A DNA stretch of 50,433 bases. Origin: Ancylonema sp. (lineage: Eukaryota). The stretch covers positions 124,001-174,433 of the forward strand of contig JBFLGF010000002.1 of the NCBI GenBank assembly GCA_050230475.1. The letters are read 5' to 3'. Numbering within the stretch: position 1 is the stretch's first letter; each line of letters begins with the position of its first letter. The translations under genes were made by a program, and so were the position numbers. A model generated the notes under the pieces. That model made no database searches. It was not told where the DNA came from and saw only the letters and a list, made by a program, of their open reading frames with translations. Below are positions 1 to 11,685 of the stretch, piece after piece.

Positions 1-112
1 ACTTTTATTACTGCCTATACCCTCACTCAGAATAAAAAGAATTAGACCAATCCTCACATGGAATGTAAAATCTCGGTGCTACGTTGGAACCAAGTCAAGT
101 TTAAAGAGAAAG

Positions 113-179
113 TGTATATTATTGAAAAACGACGGGAACCCCATCTCATTACAAGAACGTGCTTGTAAAGAAACTACAT
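113..179. repeat. Dispersed copy of the right arm of the foldback/MITE-like element at 14549-14689
   Basis: tgtata-t-attgaaaaacgacgggaaccccatctcatt-caaga-cgtgcttgtaaagaaactacat matches 14623-14689 with about 3 mismatches. Confidence 0.8.
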
Positions 180-780
180 ATTATAAAAACGTAAAAAAAA
201 GGTCGAGTTCTGAAGAGGTGGAATCTGGAATTCAATTTGGCGAACCTCTCATATGCAATTTCCCTCATTTGTGGCATGACCTCTACCTTGGATTGAAACA
301 AGGCGGTCCATCGTTAAGGCACGGGCAGACTCTAAAACATCCTTATTAAAGATCGAAAATATGAATTCACGATTTTTCCATGGGAGGTCAACGTGACACT
401 TTCTGCAAGGCACGCATCACTACAACAACGATCCTTAGTTTGCAAGGTCCACCAAGTCGTAAGCAAGCAAGGTTTGCATCGACCATGTCGGCCAAGGTGT
501 CGCCTGCCATTGCATCCAGAATCACAATGCCCACACGCCCCCACGCCCCCCAGGGTCCGACGAAGATATGATTATCGTGTGCCTCGTTGCCCATGCTAGC
601 ACAGCTCGAATGATGTGGTAAACCCGAATCACTGAGTGAGTTGTGCGAAGGTGTACATGAAATCTTGAAACTAGAGATATCCATGAATCATACCCTTACG
701 ATAAATCACCTCTATTTTTTTACTCCTACTCTAGATTCCGACAATATTCTTACTAAGGCTATTCTTACTAAATTACGACT

Positions 781-1255
781 TGTAGGAATAGGTTGTCTAT
801 TTGCCTGTTGTCTCTTTGCCTAAGTTCCTATTCCGGCATAATTAATCCGGTCGAAACGATAGTCCGGATGCATGTTAGGCGATACTTCATTTCTATTGGT
901 CTATGTCCATGACGGTGTGCGTATTGAATGTGTGGATTGTAAAGTCAGGTGTATACTCCTGATTGGTGCATTAGATAACGTGATATGTTGCCCATTTGTA
1001 TCGGGTGAAGTAGACGTGGGCGCGGATCTGAGTAGGTCGACACTCATTGTTCGTGTCTAGCGGAACAACGGAACTTGCCCAAGGTCAGACTTTTGGACCT
1101 TTGGAATATAATTGATCATACTAGCAATTCATGGCGTACTCAATCTGATTGAAGTGTGCTGCATGTTCAGTGTATGGGCACTGGTGTGAAATAGAAATAG
1201 AAATAGTATTCGTGCGAAAGAAAAAGAAAGAAATCCGCAAGAGAGGGATTTAACA
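781..1255 (+). repeat. 5' LTR of the copia element (475 bp)
   Basis: Starts tgtaggaatagg, ends ggatttaaca; aligns to 5683-6120 with substitutions and short indels. Confidence 0.95.
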
Positions 1256-1258
1256 TAG

Positions 1259-1269
1259 GGTATCAGAGC
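1259..1269 (+). other. Primer-binding site (initiator Met-tRNA type)
   Basis: GGTATCAGAGC just after the 5' LTR; matches 11 of 12 nt of the canonical plant PBS TGGTATCAGAGC. Confidence 0.9.
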
Positions 1270-1270
1270 G

Positions 1271-4200
1271 ACGGGAGATGATTCCGGGACTAGTAGACCG
1301 CGAATAATCCTAAAGGAAACAAATTACAGAGTGTGGGCGACTGTTATGGAACAGTCCTTGAAGGAGAGGAAATTGTGGGGCCATATCATGGGCACCGCAA
1401 TCAGGCCTCCCTTACCGCGGACGGTGATCGTTGCCGTAGCCGCGCGGGCTGCGGCACCTGGAGTAGATGCCCGTGGCCGGTGTCACGGAAGTAACTCACG
1501 GCCTGGTTGATCATGATACGAAGCGCTTTGAGGACTTTGACGCGGCAATCGCGCGTGCAAATTCCCTTCTTCTTCAGACTTTGGAGCCTCGCGATGTGAT
1601 GGCAACTCTCATGATGCTATCTCCGGCCCAGAAGTGGAACAAGTTGGTCGCGGATTATGTGGCAGTCTCAGCATCACAGGCTGCCACTGCAAGAGCTCGC
1701 TTTATGAGCTTCAGGATGAGAGAGGGTGATACAGTAGTTCAGACTCAACACCGGTTCGATGAGTTACTGAATGAGTGCATCATACAAGCGGTGTTGGTTA
1801 CCGACGCGGATAGTACGATGGTTCTCATGACACATCCGGCGGAAAGGTGGAGAACTTTTATGGACGCCTATGCCATTCAGTCACCTCTCCCAGCTGTTGC
1901 TCAGATCTTCAGCTCTATGACAGCGTTAGAGGAACGATGGAACATGAGGAAGGATAGAGAGGTGGGCGAAGCAAACTACAGGGGGAGATTTAGTGGAGGT
2001 GGAAGTGGCGGCGGTAGCGGAAGTGGAGGGGGAAGCGGTTCAGGTTGGAAGCCAAAGGTGGCATCCACTCAAAGACAGCCACGTGGGGCTGAATCAAAGT
2101 GCTACTGTTGTGGGAGGATAGGACACTTCGCCAGGGAGTGTCCGATGAAGGGAAAGACGTGTAATTTATGCAAGACAAAAGGGCATCTCGCAAACATGTG
2201 CCGAAACAAAGGAGGATCTTCAGCCGGTGGTAGTGGTGGGAGTGGGAGTGGAGGGGCTGCAAAGCCACCAGTCCCGGCCATCAAACCCAAAATGTTGAGT
2301 TTCGCGAAAGGTACAAAGATGGAGAATGCCAAGGATGGTGCGGAGGGGATGGTGATAGAGGAGGTGTTGTCCAATGCTTCTGTTCATGACGCATCAGATA
2401 ATGTGGAGTGGCTGGGGGACTCTGGGGCCTCTCGGCATGTGTGCAACGACTTGGGCCTAATGTGGGAAGTAAAGGTGCATGAGGATCCAATTCTGCTTAG
2501 GCAGCTGTCGGGGGAGATAAAGGTGCATGTGACCGGGACGGTGAAGCTGGAGTGCCAAGACAAGGAGGGGGTTCCTGTGGTGCTGAATCTGCACAATACT
2601 CTGTTCATTCCCTTAGCCAAGGTCAACCTTTTCAGCCTGCAAAAGATGAGGATGGCTGACTACCTCGTTGAGCAAAAGCAAAAGATCGGTAAAGATTGGA
2701 TCCAAAACAAGAGTGGCCAGTATGTGGGGAGCTTGGAAGTAGATTCGGAGGGGAGGGCAGTCGACAACGGCAAGACCCTTCTACCACCTATCCCTCCCCT
2801 CCCTTCAATGTTGCTTCCCGCGGAGGAGGTTGCAGAGGAGGCACTTGTGGCAGCTGTCGACATGGAGCTGTTGCATCGGAGGTTGGGCCACATGGGGAAG
2901 ACGGCAATGATCAGGCTTGGGAAGGACGAGCTTGTGCGTGGACTTGAAGGTGGGGTGATTGGGGGAGATGGGTGTATGCCGTGGCTGTGAGCTGGGGAAG
3001 CCGCTGCCAAGCCACACCCCTCAAAGGACGACCGTGCAACAAAGAAACTTGAGTTGGTGCATGCGGACCTGGCGGGACCTATAAGGCAGCAGTCTTGGGG
3101 AGGTGCTCGTTATCTCTTCGTTCTTGTCGTTGATTTTTCTCGCAAGTCATGGGTGATCCTTCTGAAGCAGAAGTATGATGTCGAGGCTAGGCTGAAGGAG
3201 TGGAAAGCTCTGGTGGAAAACGAGAGTGGGGAGTCAATGGTGAAGTTCAGAACAGACAATGGGGGAGAGTTAGAGTTCTGCAGCAACAGCCTGTCGGGAT
3301 GGTTGAAGCTGGTAAAGCATGAAACTACCCCACCTCGGACACCGCAGAGAACGGGGTTGCAGAGAGGATGAATAGGACCCTTCAAGAGAGGGCCAGGTCG
3401 ATGATGTTTCATGCTGGGCTTGGAGGGGGCTGCTGGGGTGAGGTGTTCTTGGCAGCAAACTACTTGCGGAATAGGGGACCAGTGAGTGGCATGTCAGTTA
3501 CTCCTCAAGAGATGTGGAGTGGCAAGAAACCGACAGTGGCGCATATAAAATCATTCGGCTGCAAGGTGTACTGTCCTATCGACAGGAATGACAGGGGTGG
3601 AAAGCTTGGGGCTGTGCGTTATGAGGGGGTGTTGGTGGGGTACTCCGAAACCAGTCCCTCGGTGCAAGTTTGGAACCCCTTAAAAGATAAAAGGGTGCTG
3701 AATGTAGGGGGGGCAGACTACGATGAATCGGTGGAGAGGGGTTGGTGGCTGGAGAGGAGGGGTGGAGCGAATGTGGAGGAGATGGAACAGGTGGTATTCC
3801 CAGCCGATGATGAGGATGGGAGTGCCTCAAACCAGTGGGGATGTTGCGGCTGCGAATGGAGATGGATCCCAGCCGCTTCGGGTGGACCCCCACCCCCTCC
3901 CCCACCCCCCCCCCTCCCGGTGCAGGTGGCATCGATGATGATGAGCTACCCCAACTTCTGCCCATCTGTCGATGATGACGATGTCGATGATGTCGACAGC
4001 CCCCCACCTCGAGTTCGAGTCAGGTGCTAGGGGTAACCGGGGAGTTCCGGCGACTCGGTACGATGAGATTTTTGAGGTGGCCGCAGGACTTCATGAACCC
4101 GCCGACGGTGTCAGCTGCCATGGAGAGTGGCAAGGTGGAGGAGTGGACTTCAGCGATGGAAGCTGAACTTCAAAGCTTGTGGGAGAATGAAGTCTTCGAG

Positions 4201-5656
4201 GAGGTGGAGAGGCCAGCTGGCAAAAAGGTGATTGGTACGAAGTGGGTACTTCGCATCAAGACAGATGCCAGCGGCAACTTGGACAAGTACAAGGCCAGAG
4301 TTGTGGCAAAAGGCTATCGACAGATGGAGGGCGTCGACTACGACGAAACCTTCGCCCCGACAGTTCGTTTCGAGAGTGTCCGGGCTCTGGTAGCACTAGC
4401 GGCTTCCATGGGGTGGGAGCTGGATCAGATGGATGTGGCAACGGCGTTTCTGTACGCGAAGTTGGAGGAGGAAACTTTTGTCGACATCCCAGAGGGGGTA
4501 ATACCGGTTGGGGAGGGAAACCGGGTGTGGAAGCTGCGAAAATGTCTGTACGGTTTGAAGCAGTCCCCCCGCATGTGGAATATGACTATCGACAGGGTCC
4601 TCAATGACATGGGATTCGAGGAGAGACTTGTTACGGAGCATGGCATTGTCGTCGGGGAGGGAGGAGAGAAGATATTTCTGGCGCTTTATGTCGATGACCT
4701 GCTCATCGGAGCAGAAAGGAGTCGCTGACCGAGGTGAAGGAGAGGCTCAAGGAACACTTCAAAATGAAGGACATGGGGAGTGCGCATTTTCTGCTCGGAG
4801 TCGAAATCAGGTGGAGGCTGGATGGGGGGTATTTCATGGTGCAGGAAAAGTACGCTGCTGAGGTGGTGAGCAGAGGTACGGCATGGCTGCGCTGCCAAGA
4901 CAGTCTCGACACCTTTCGAACCCGGAAGTATTTTTGGGGTAGAGGAGGTTCCAGTGGCAGAGGGGGTGGACCCCGGAATGGTCGACATTCCGTACCGCAT
5001 CTGGTGGGGAGGTTGATGTATTTGGCGGTGTTTGCACTAGGCCTGACTTGTCGATGGCTGTGTCGGCGCTCAGTCGTCGATATAGCCAGAACCCCCCGCA
5101 ACAAATGGTGCATTGGGAGGCCGCAAAGCGAGTGTTGCGATATGTCAAGGAGACAGCTGGGGAAGGGCTTGGGTACAGCCCGGGAGAGGAAATTGAAATA
5201 TGGGGATACAGTGATGCAAGCTACGGTAGTGATGAAGAAACTAAGAAGGAGGTCTGGTTATGTTTGAGTGGTGGTGCAGCTGTTAGGGGGAGCAAACTTC
5301 AGGAAGTGGCTTTGAGTAGAACGGAGGCAGAATACATGGCAATCTGTCATGCAATGCAGGAGGGGCTTTATTTGAAGATGCTGCAGATGGAGATGGGGGT
5401 CAATCCGGGGGAGAGTGGGACATTGTTGCTGGTCGACAATCAGTCGTCGATCAAGTTGGCGAAGAATCCGGTGTTCCACAAGCGTAGCAAGCACATTGCG
5501 ATACGATTCCACTTTATTCGTGAAAAGGTGGAAAATGGGGAGTTCAGTTTGGAGTTTCTGAGAACTCTGTCGATGGCATCAGATCAGCTCACCAAGCATG
5601 TAGGGGTGAAAGTGCTAAACAGTGTGAAGAAGTTGATGGGAATGACTAGTGGCTAG
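1271..5656 (+). pseudogene. Copia gag-pol polyprotein, disrupted by multiple frameshifts
   Basis: Gag N-terminus (ACG-GDDSGTSRPRIILKETNYRVWATVMEQSLKERKLWGHI; start codon is ACG, frameshift near 1470); two CCHC knuckles; protease WLGDSGASRHV; LLHRRLGH; integrase VHADLAGP / RTDNGGE / RMNRTLQERAR; RT YKARVVAKGY, QMDVATAFL, LYGLKQSPRMW, LYVDDLL; RNase H GYSDASY, EAEY, DNQSSIKLAKNPVFHKRSKHI. Split over ORFs starting at 1467, 3054, 3368, 4024, 4734 and 5048. Confidence 0.95.
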
Positions 5657-5670
5657 ATTAGTCAAATGAC

Positions 5671-5681
5671 AAAGAGGGGGA
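5671..5681 (+). other. Polypurine tract
   Basis: aaagaggggga immediately before the TG of the 3' LTR. Confidence 0.9.
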
Positions 5682-5682
5682 T

Positions 5683-6120
5683 TGTAGGAATAGGTGGTCT
5701 ATTTGCCTAAGTTCCTATTTGCCTAAGTTCCTATTCAGGCATAATTAATCCGGTCGAAACCGGTATTCCGGACGCATGTTAGTCGATACTTCATTTCTAT
5801 TGGTCTATGTGCATGACGGTGTGAGTAATGAATGTGTGGATTGTAAAGTCAGGTGTAGAATCCCGATTGGTGCATTAGATAACGAGATATGTTGCATGAT
5901 CATGACTCATCCATTTGTATCGATGAAGTAGACGTGGGCGCGGATCTGAGTAGGTCGACTCGAACTGGCCCAAGGTCAGACTTTTGGACCTTGGGAATCT
6001 AATTGATCATACTAGCAATTCATGGCGTACTCAATCTGATTGAAGTGTGCATGTTCAGTGTATGGGCACTGGTGTGAAATAGTATTCGTGCGAAAGAAAT
6101 CGCAAGAGATGGATTTAACA
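5683..6120 (+). repeat. 3' LTR of the copia element (438 bp)
   Basis: tgtaggaatagg...ggatttaaca, followed by TSD cgact. Confidence 0.95.
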
Positions 6121-6235
6121 CGACTGTACATAGCAGTTTTACTTTTTTTTTGACGGCATCCGCATGTAGCGCTACCAAGTTGCATCACTTCCAACTTTAT
6201 TGCCTACATGCAAAATATGAATAATTCATAATTTT

Positions 6236-6320
6236 ATTGGTACTCTATGGTCACGTATGGTATAATATGGTACAATAGGGTACAAAATTGTAAAATATTG
6301 TTGGTATGGTACAATATATA
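6236..6320. repeat. Degenerate AT-rich minisatellite (about 10-11 bp unit, ATGGTACAAT-like); also at 35764-35848
   Basis: Repeated tggtac/tggtat/gggtac plus aata motifs. Confidence 0.55.
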
Positions 6321-6617
6321 GCATATCAATGATATCAATGATGAGGAAGAAAGGATTTTCCTATATGGTCAAGTCAAATGCCATGTCGCCATGATTTCGT
6401 TTTGCCAAATGGACATTTTGGGTTTTGCCGACCCGAAACAGGTTCAGAAACCTTATCGCCGATTTGTGAAATATTCCTTATGCCGACCACACTCCCTCAG
6501 AAAGGAGCTGAAAAGCTGTGTTACGGTTTTTTCCAATAGCCGTTAAATAAAAAGGAAATGTAAAATACGCAAGTGCGTGCGTAATTATCAATGTAAATTA
6601 CGGGGGTCCGACCCCGC

Positions 6618-6627
6618 ATGACGTCAT
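6618..6627. promoter_or_regulatory. Palindromic ATGACGTCAT (bZIP C-box/CRE-like) upstream of FKBP12; also at 36146-36155, absent upstream of copy 2
   Basis: Perfect 10-bp palindrome 136 bp upstream of the first FKBP12 ATG; function is inferred only. Confidence 0.3.
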
Positions 6628-6753
6628 TTTCGAACTCCAAATTACGGAACTTCTGCGGGAGTGGTTTAACTCGTTTAACTCCAGTCCCTGACGCGGTTAT
6701 GACTGCAGAGATTTTGGACCGGAAATTCGTTTGCAAGTCGGAACACTGCGGAA

Positions 6754-8183
6754 ATGGAAGCTTGCTCGCTGCGCCCATTCCAATCGCGTCTCTACACAAC
6801 CATCCAGCAGCAACTTTGTTCAGTGTCAAGGCGATCATTTCGGGTGAGGAACCTTTCAACCGTAGCCATGGGTGTCGAGAAGGAAGTTGTACGCCCCGGC
6901 AATGGCCCGACGCCGGTGAAGGGACAGAAAGTGACAGTGCACTGCACAGGCTACGGTAAGTAAGTAAGAATGTCTAGCGAAGAGGATCCATTGTGTAGGA
7001 TGATTCGTCCACATTCATTTGTCTAAAAGTATCAATATCAGGTTCTGATAGGGTGTTTGAAAGGAGTGCAACACACCACTGCAGCTGCCAGGAGAGAAAG
7101 TCTAAAAGATCACCGCTTTGCACAAGTGACACCTGCATGATATGTGACTCGATAATGCTTCAAGATCTATATTCCAATGGCTGAAAAATATATAATCCTT
7201 TGTGCAGGCAAGAACCGGGATCTTTCAAAGAAATTTTGGAGGTAACGCAATCTTATATTTTTTACTACTTGGAGAACGGTGTTGAGAACCCATCAAAAAA
7301 ATCTTTTTGTGAAGCAACATAATGTGCCATTGTTGGATGTGCTATTGGCTGGCTGTTTGGTTCTATGCTGCCGCAGCAGTGGTGTAACGTAGGACCAAAT
7401 CCCTTTCTTCTCCTGCCGGTAATTTCTCGTTCTTCGTCTTTCTTTTGACTTCATCACAGAATCTCAACATTTTCGTTTGACTATATTTTTTCACTAGTGG
7501 CAAAAGCCCCTGTCTCAAATTAAAACTTTATCGCCTGTTCAGCACCAAGGATCCGGGACAGAAGCCCTTCGAGTTCAATGTCGGACTGGGCAGCGTCATC
7601 AAGGGTAAGACGACCTGAAAACTGCCTCACTGTATCCACACATGAATTCTCAAATCATCATTTCATCATCACTACGTGTACTTTCTGTGTGTGGTATAGT
7701 CTGCACTGCGCGCCAATGTAACAATCCTATGATGACTTCTCGATCTGATATGATTCGTCCCTGTGAGGTGCAGGTTGGGATGAGGGTGTCCTGGGCATGA
7801 AACTTGGAGAAGTTGCCAAACTCAAGGTGGGGAAAAGGTGGTGGTGGAGTTATGCATTGTTAACACGTCATGTGACCATCAGAAGGGGTTGGTTGGTTGT
7901 GGCAGAAAGGGACTCACCAATGTTAGGCATCTCTTTTGCATGGAAGTCTGTGCGGCCAGGTGTAACAAGTCTCGACATGAGTGACGATTATTGTCATCCG
8001 AGTACAGGTTGTGTGCGACACTTTTTGAAGCAGATCATTTTTTTGTCCTTGATTGGTTCATTGTGCGATACGTGGGTGCAGTGTACACCTGACTATGCTT
8101 ATGGTGCGGGAGGCTTTCCAGCCTGGGGAATTCAACCAAACTCACACTTGACCTTTGAAATTGAGGTTCTTAAAATAGAGTAG
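6754..8183 (+). CDS. FKBP12: FKBP12-type peptidyl-prolyl cis-trans isomerase (plant-type, Cys26/Cys80), copy 1
   Basis: Exons 6868(or 6754)-6955, 7208-7241, 7543-7604, 7774-7826, 8082-8183, all GT-AG and phase-consistent. 112 aa: [112 protein letters not shown]. An in-frame upstream ATG at 6754 adds 38 aa. Confidence 0.95.
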
Positions 8184-8999
8184 AGATGGCTGCCTTCTAG
8201 CCTGTGAATGACGGAAAGAAATGTCAGTGTCTCATACAAAAGCCGTAAACTTTTCTCAACAAGTTCATCTACAATGCCGCCTTGCTGCAGGACTGCGTCC
8301 ATTCTATGTACACTTGCAGACATGGACTACAATATGTTTGTAGTTCTCGATTGATGTGCTGCTGGTATTGACTTTGAAGAAGTCATCCCATTCAAATAAA
8401 AGAACAGTTGTCGGCAGCATCAGAATCAATACCAGGTGCACTCTGGAAATGGCTGTAGTGAGAATATTGTCCTTACATGCGACGTACGATATGGTGTGAT
8501 GTATCATGCCTGTTGCATCATCGCTTATTCATACTGAAGGTACTTGTAGTGACCAGAAGAGACAATCTTTGAGAAATTTTCCATTAGATTGGTTGCTGAC
8601 TGGTGTTTTGTTTTTTTCAATGAAGTTTGTTTTTCGTGCCGACAGCCAAAAATTAAGGACAAGCTACAAATGTGAAGCATGAACAAGAGTTGCCAAATGC
8701 CTTCCGATTTGATGGTGTTCCTTGGCCAGTAGAACTATGAAGACAGTGAGTGCATCCAACACCCCTTCATGATTAGCATGGAGTACACTGTCGGGATATA
8801 TTTTTGAAGTTGATGGTTAAGGAGAACATACAAACATGTTCCAGCGCAGTTTGTCTGAGTCAATTATTATGCGCGACATGGTCCATCTCTATTTCCAATG
8901 TCTACATTTCAGACAGAGTTGTAGACAATAGTCGGTGCAGACAGTAGCTGAAATCAACGGCACGTCACGTGCAACAGGTGATACAAAATTTCATGGATA

Positions 9000-9004
9000 T
9001 TACA
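9000..9004 (-). promoter_or_regulatory. Putative TGTAA polyadenylation signal of the DUF3223 gene
   Basis: TGTAA on the - strand about 115 nt past the stop; retained in the diverged copy; TGTAA is the known chlorophyte signal. Confidence 0.4.
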
Positions 9005-9118
9005 TGCACTAATGCCCGACCAGAACCCCTCAGCTTTCCGTGATTGCTATACACTAACTGGTAAGTAATTGTTTGGAAAATGCAGCAGGGATACACTACC
9101 CAAATTGACACGCATTTA

Positions 9119-10119
9119 TCACCTATCCCTGCCCCTGCCCCTGCCACTGCCACCCCTGTATGACCCTCGCCTTCCTCCTCCTCTCCCTCCCATGTATCCC
9201 CTTCCACCTCCACCTCTGCCTCCACCCCCTCTTCCTCTACCACCCTTGTTTGACGGGATTTGCATGTCTGCTGGAAGGGTCATAAGCTTATCTACACACT
9301 TACGATATGAAAAGTCATCTGTAGAGCCATCTGTTCGCACCAGATAAAAGCATCGGGAAGTGAACTCAGGATGCTCACGAATTTGAAACGCTTTGATGCC
9401 AGACCCCATTTTTGTGGCCGGATCCTGATGCCCTTTCTTCAGCAGGTCCAGAAGTACAAGGTACTCATACTGGAAGCACAGCAATGGAGGTCTGTGAGTG
9501 ACAGTCTTGATAACTTGCCAAGCTCCTCAATTTGAACACCGACCACTTGTGGTCTACCATTCTCTGTATGGATGGGTCGCAGAGATCGAGAAGACATAGC
9601 TAGCTTTTCGATGTCTTTTCCTACAGTGCCTCGCCTTTTATGAGAAATTCATACGTTAACACAAGCAGTCCGTAATATTTATTGTACTATGCAGGGTGGG
9701 AGGGCTTGCAGAGGCATTGTTTTCAGATACGCACTCACCTCGTTCAAATCGACATTTTTCGTGAAGCCGTGGCACAAGTCGTGGAAAAATTGGAACATCT
9801 CCACTGAAGTTTTGAAAAGTTTTGGCCCAAGTTGCACAGGCTCGGCGGGGAGCTTTACTTCTGGTTCGGAAGCTGCGACTGGTGTAACGGTATCTTCCGC
9901 TTCTGCCGCGGTATCTACATTGGAAACCACTGGTTCTTCAGAAGCTGTCTTTACCTTCTTTGACACTACCTCTGCTTCCTCCTCCGCTGGTCTCTTTCCG
10001 GCTAACGTGACCCCGTCATTTTTCAGAGACGCCACGACTTCAGATTCCAGAACGGTCGGTAGAACCTCTGCTTCTGCAGGCCCATTATCCAGCTCCGGAT
10101 TTGGGTTGACATCTGCCAT
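9119..10119 (-). CDS. DUF3223 (DCL-domain) protein with RGG tail, DOMINO1/EMB514-like, copy 1
   Basis: Exons 10119-9739 and 9469-9119 (243 aa). Acidic N-terminus with KRP..KKVK NLS-like motif; PVQLGPKLFKTS...DLLKKGH..KMGSGIKAFQIREHPEFTSRCFYLVRTDGSTDDFSYRKC; Gly/Arg-rich C-terminus. Confidence 0.9.
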
Positions 10120-11685
10120 CTACCTGTGTTGGCAGATATGATGATCTCAAATTAGTGCCTGACTGCTTCGCTTGCGACTAAATGAAAGCTTTTTTTTACA
10201 CCGTGCCAGCAGTGCGCGTGTTGGTGTCGTGTAAGGAATATCTGAGGTGGATTCGCAGGTCAGGGGAAGTTTCAGACATACAGCGTGGGTTTGCCAGTGA
10301 GGTGAGCCCAGCAACGTCGCGAGTGATTGGTGTGTGCCACGGTCTCCGCAATCGACCACAGGAGAATTGGGGCGCAGAGTTCAGCCATGATCACGAGTCC
10401 GAGTCCGACTCGCAAGAAGTTCGACTCTTGCGGGTCCGACATTGGGTTAACCCGGAGCGTTCGGGCAACACCCCAGCATCGGCTGTGATCCAGCCTCCAG
10501 CCTCGGGTGAATACCTACCAACATCGGCTAGGAACATCGATTGGCCTTCTATTGGGAAAAGGGTCGTATTTTGATTTTGGTGAAATGATGTAAACAAATA
10601 ACCTAGGCAAGCTGGTTAGGTAGTTTGGGACTAGATCGCAACATTCGGATCGGAATCGTGTGCAAACTATGTGGCATCTACTGTGTTGAATAATAGCTTG
10701 TTTCATGCAAAACGTCTTGCAGGTCCACTATGTCACAACAAGCTGCCATCACACTCAAGTTGAAGCTTCATTACCGAATACCGGTCATGTGACGTATACT
10801 CGTATTTTAGTTTTTTCTATATCACATATATTATTATCATGTATGATTCGTATCATCTACAAGACGAATTGTGTTGTCCATGAATTCCTTGGTGTTGTGC
10901 AATGTTTACATTGTGGGGTATTTGTTACATTCCAAGGAAGAGAGTCACAACTCGCCTTTGCATCGTTAGCTGGCAGTCGAGGTCACACAAGTGTCATAAA
11001 CCATGTCAAAAATTGTCATTGTTTCTTCGACAAGCTAGAATGATATTTATGAACAATCCTTTGGCAAAAAAGTTGCATGTGTTGCCATATGCAATCGCAT
11101 TTGTTCTTTCAATGCAATAGTATATTGTGTTCTCACATTAATTGATGGTCTTACACATAGAAATACACACATAATGTGTACTTCCACTTTTATTTCCCCT
11201 TTACTTGGCATGAATAGCGAATCCCTTGACTCAACTCAGCCTCAAAATACACCTTCCCAAACCCTAAACTATTCTCAATCCCCATTACAAGGATAAGGCA
11301 GTCCCCACCAATTCTTGAATATGAACTCTCCGATACTGATCGAATCATAATCACTCAACGAAAATGCTTTCAGACATTACATCCTACACGAGAAATCTTT
11401 TCACATATAAGGTTTGCAAGCTTAATGTTCTGATCTGTATCCCTCCCTTGATGGAACAAAGGAGAGCCTACACAGAATGGATCATCTCCATCCCACTACT
11501 AACGTTCAATCTGATCAAATCACCTCCCTAACAATGTGTTATCTCATGAGCTCCCAGCTCCCATCGAGCATACTAAAGGTAAGAGGTCATATCTGCACAC
11601 AAATGTCTCGTGCTATTCTCGACACATGCAAGCTGCAGCACATTGTTGCTACACCAGCATGGGTGCCAAATACTGAGAGCCCCGG

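Larger units (their letters stand above)
781..6120 (+). mobile_element. Full-length, degenerate Ty1/copia LTR retrotransposon
   Basis: Two TG...CA LTRs (781-1255, 5683-6120); 5-bp TSD CGACT at 776-780 and 6121-6125; PBS and PPT present; domain order gag-PR-INT-RT-RNaseH is the copia order. Confidence 0.97.

Noticed and set aside
332..684. Overlapping short ORFs (e.g. 388-684 on the - strand, 98 aa)
   Set aside because: No recognisable motif or supported exon structure.
2960..5270. Programmed frameshifting in copia pol
   Set aside because: Frameshifts are numerous, scattered and accompanied by deletions; this is decay or sequence error.
7729..7750. C/D-box-like ATGATGA...CTGA in FKBP12 intron 3
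   Set aside because: Far too short for a snoRNA, and the C box is altered in copy 3.
8181..8183. Alternative genetic code (TAR=Gln, as in some ulvophytes)
   Set aside because: FKBP12 ends in TAG and bL9 in TAA at the expected protein ends; no internal TAR codons seen in the modelled exons.
9069..9347. Pro-rich plus-strand ORF (also 23931-24209 and 38425-38862)
   Set aside because: Antisense shadow of the RGG-coding tail.
9689..10141. 150-aa Ser/Thr-rich plus-strand ORF present in all copies
   Set aside because: Antisense to DUF3223 exon 1; its openness is explained by the sense gene's codon content.
10400..10440. Possible tRNA gene suggested by GTTCGA
   Set aside because: No acceptor, D or anticodon arms can be built.
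10182..10574. 130-aa ORF over the conserved hairpin block
   Set aside because: Start and N-terminal part are not conserved in copy 3; no domain.
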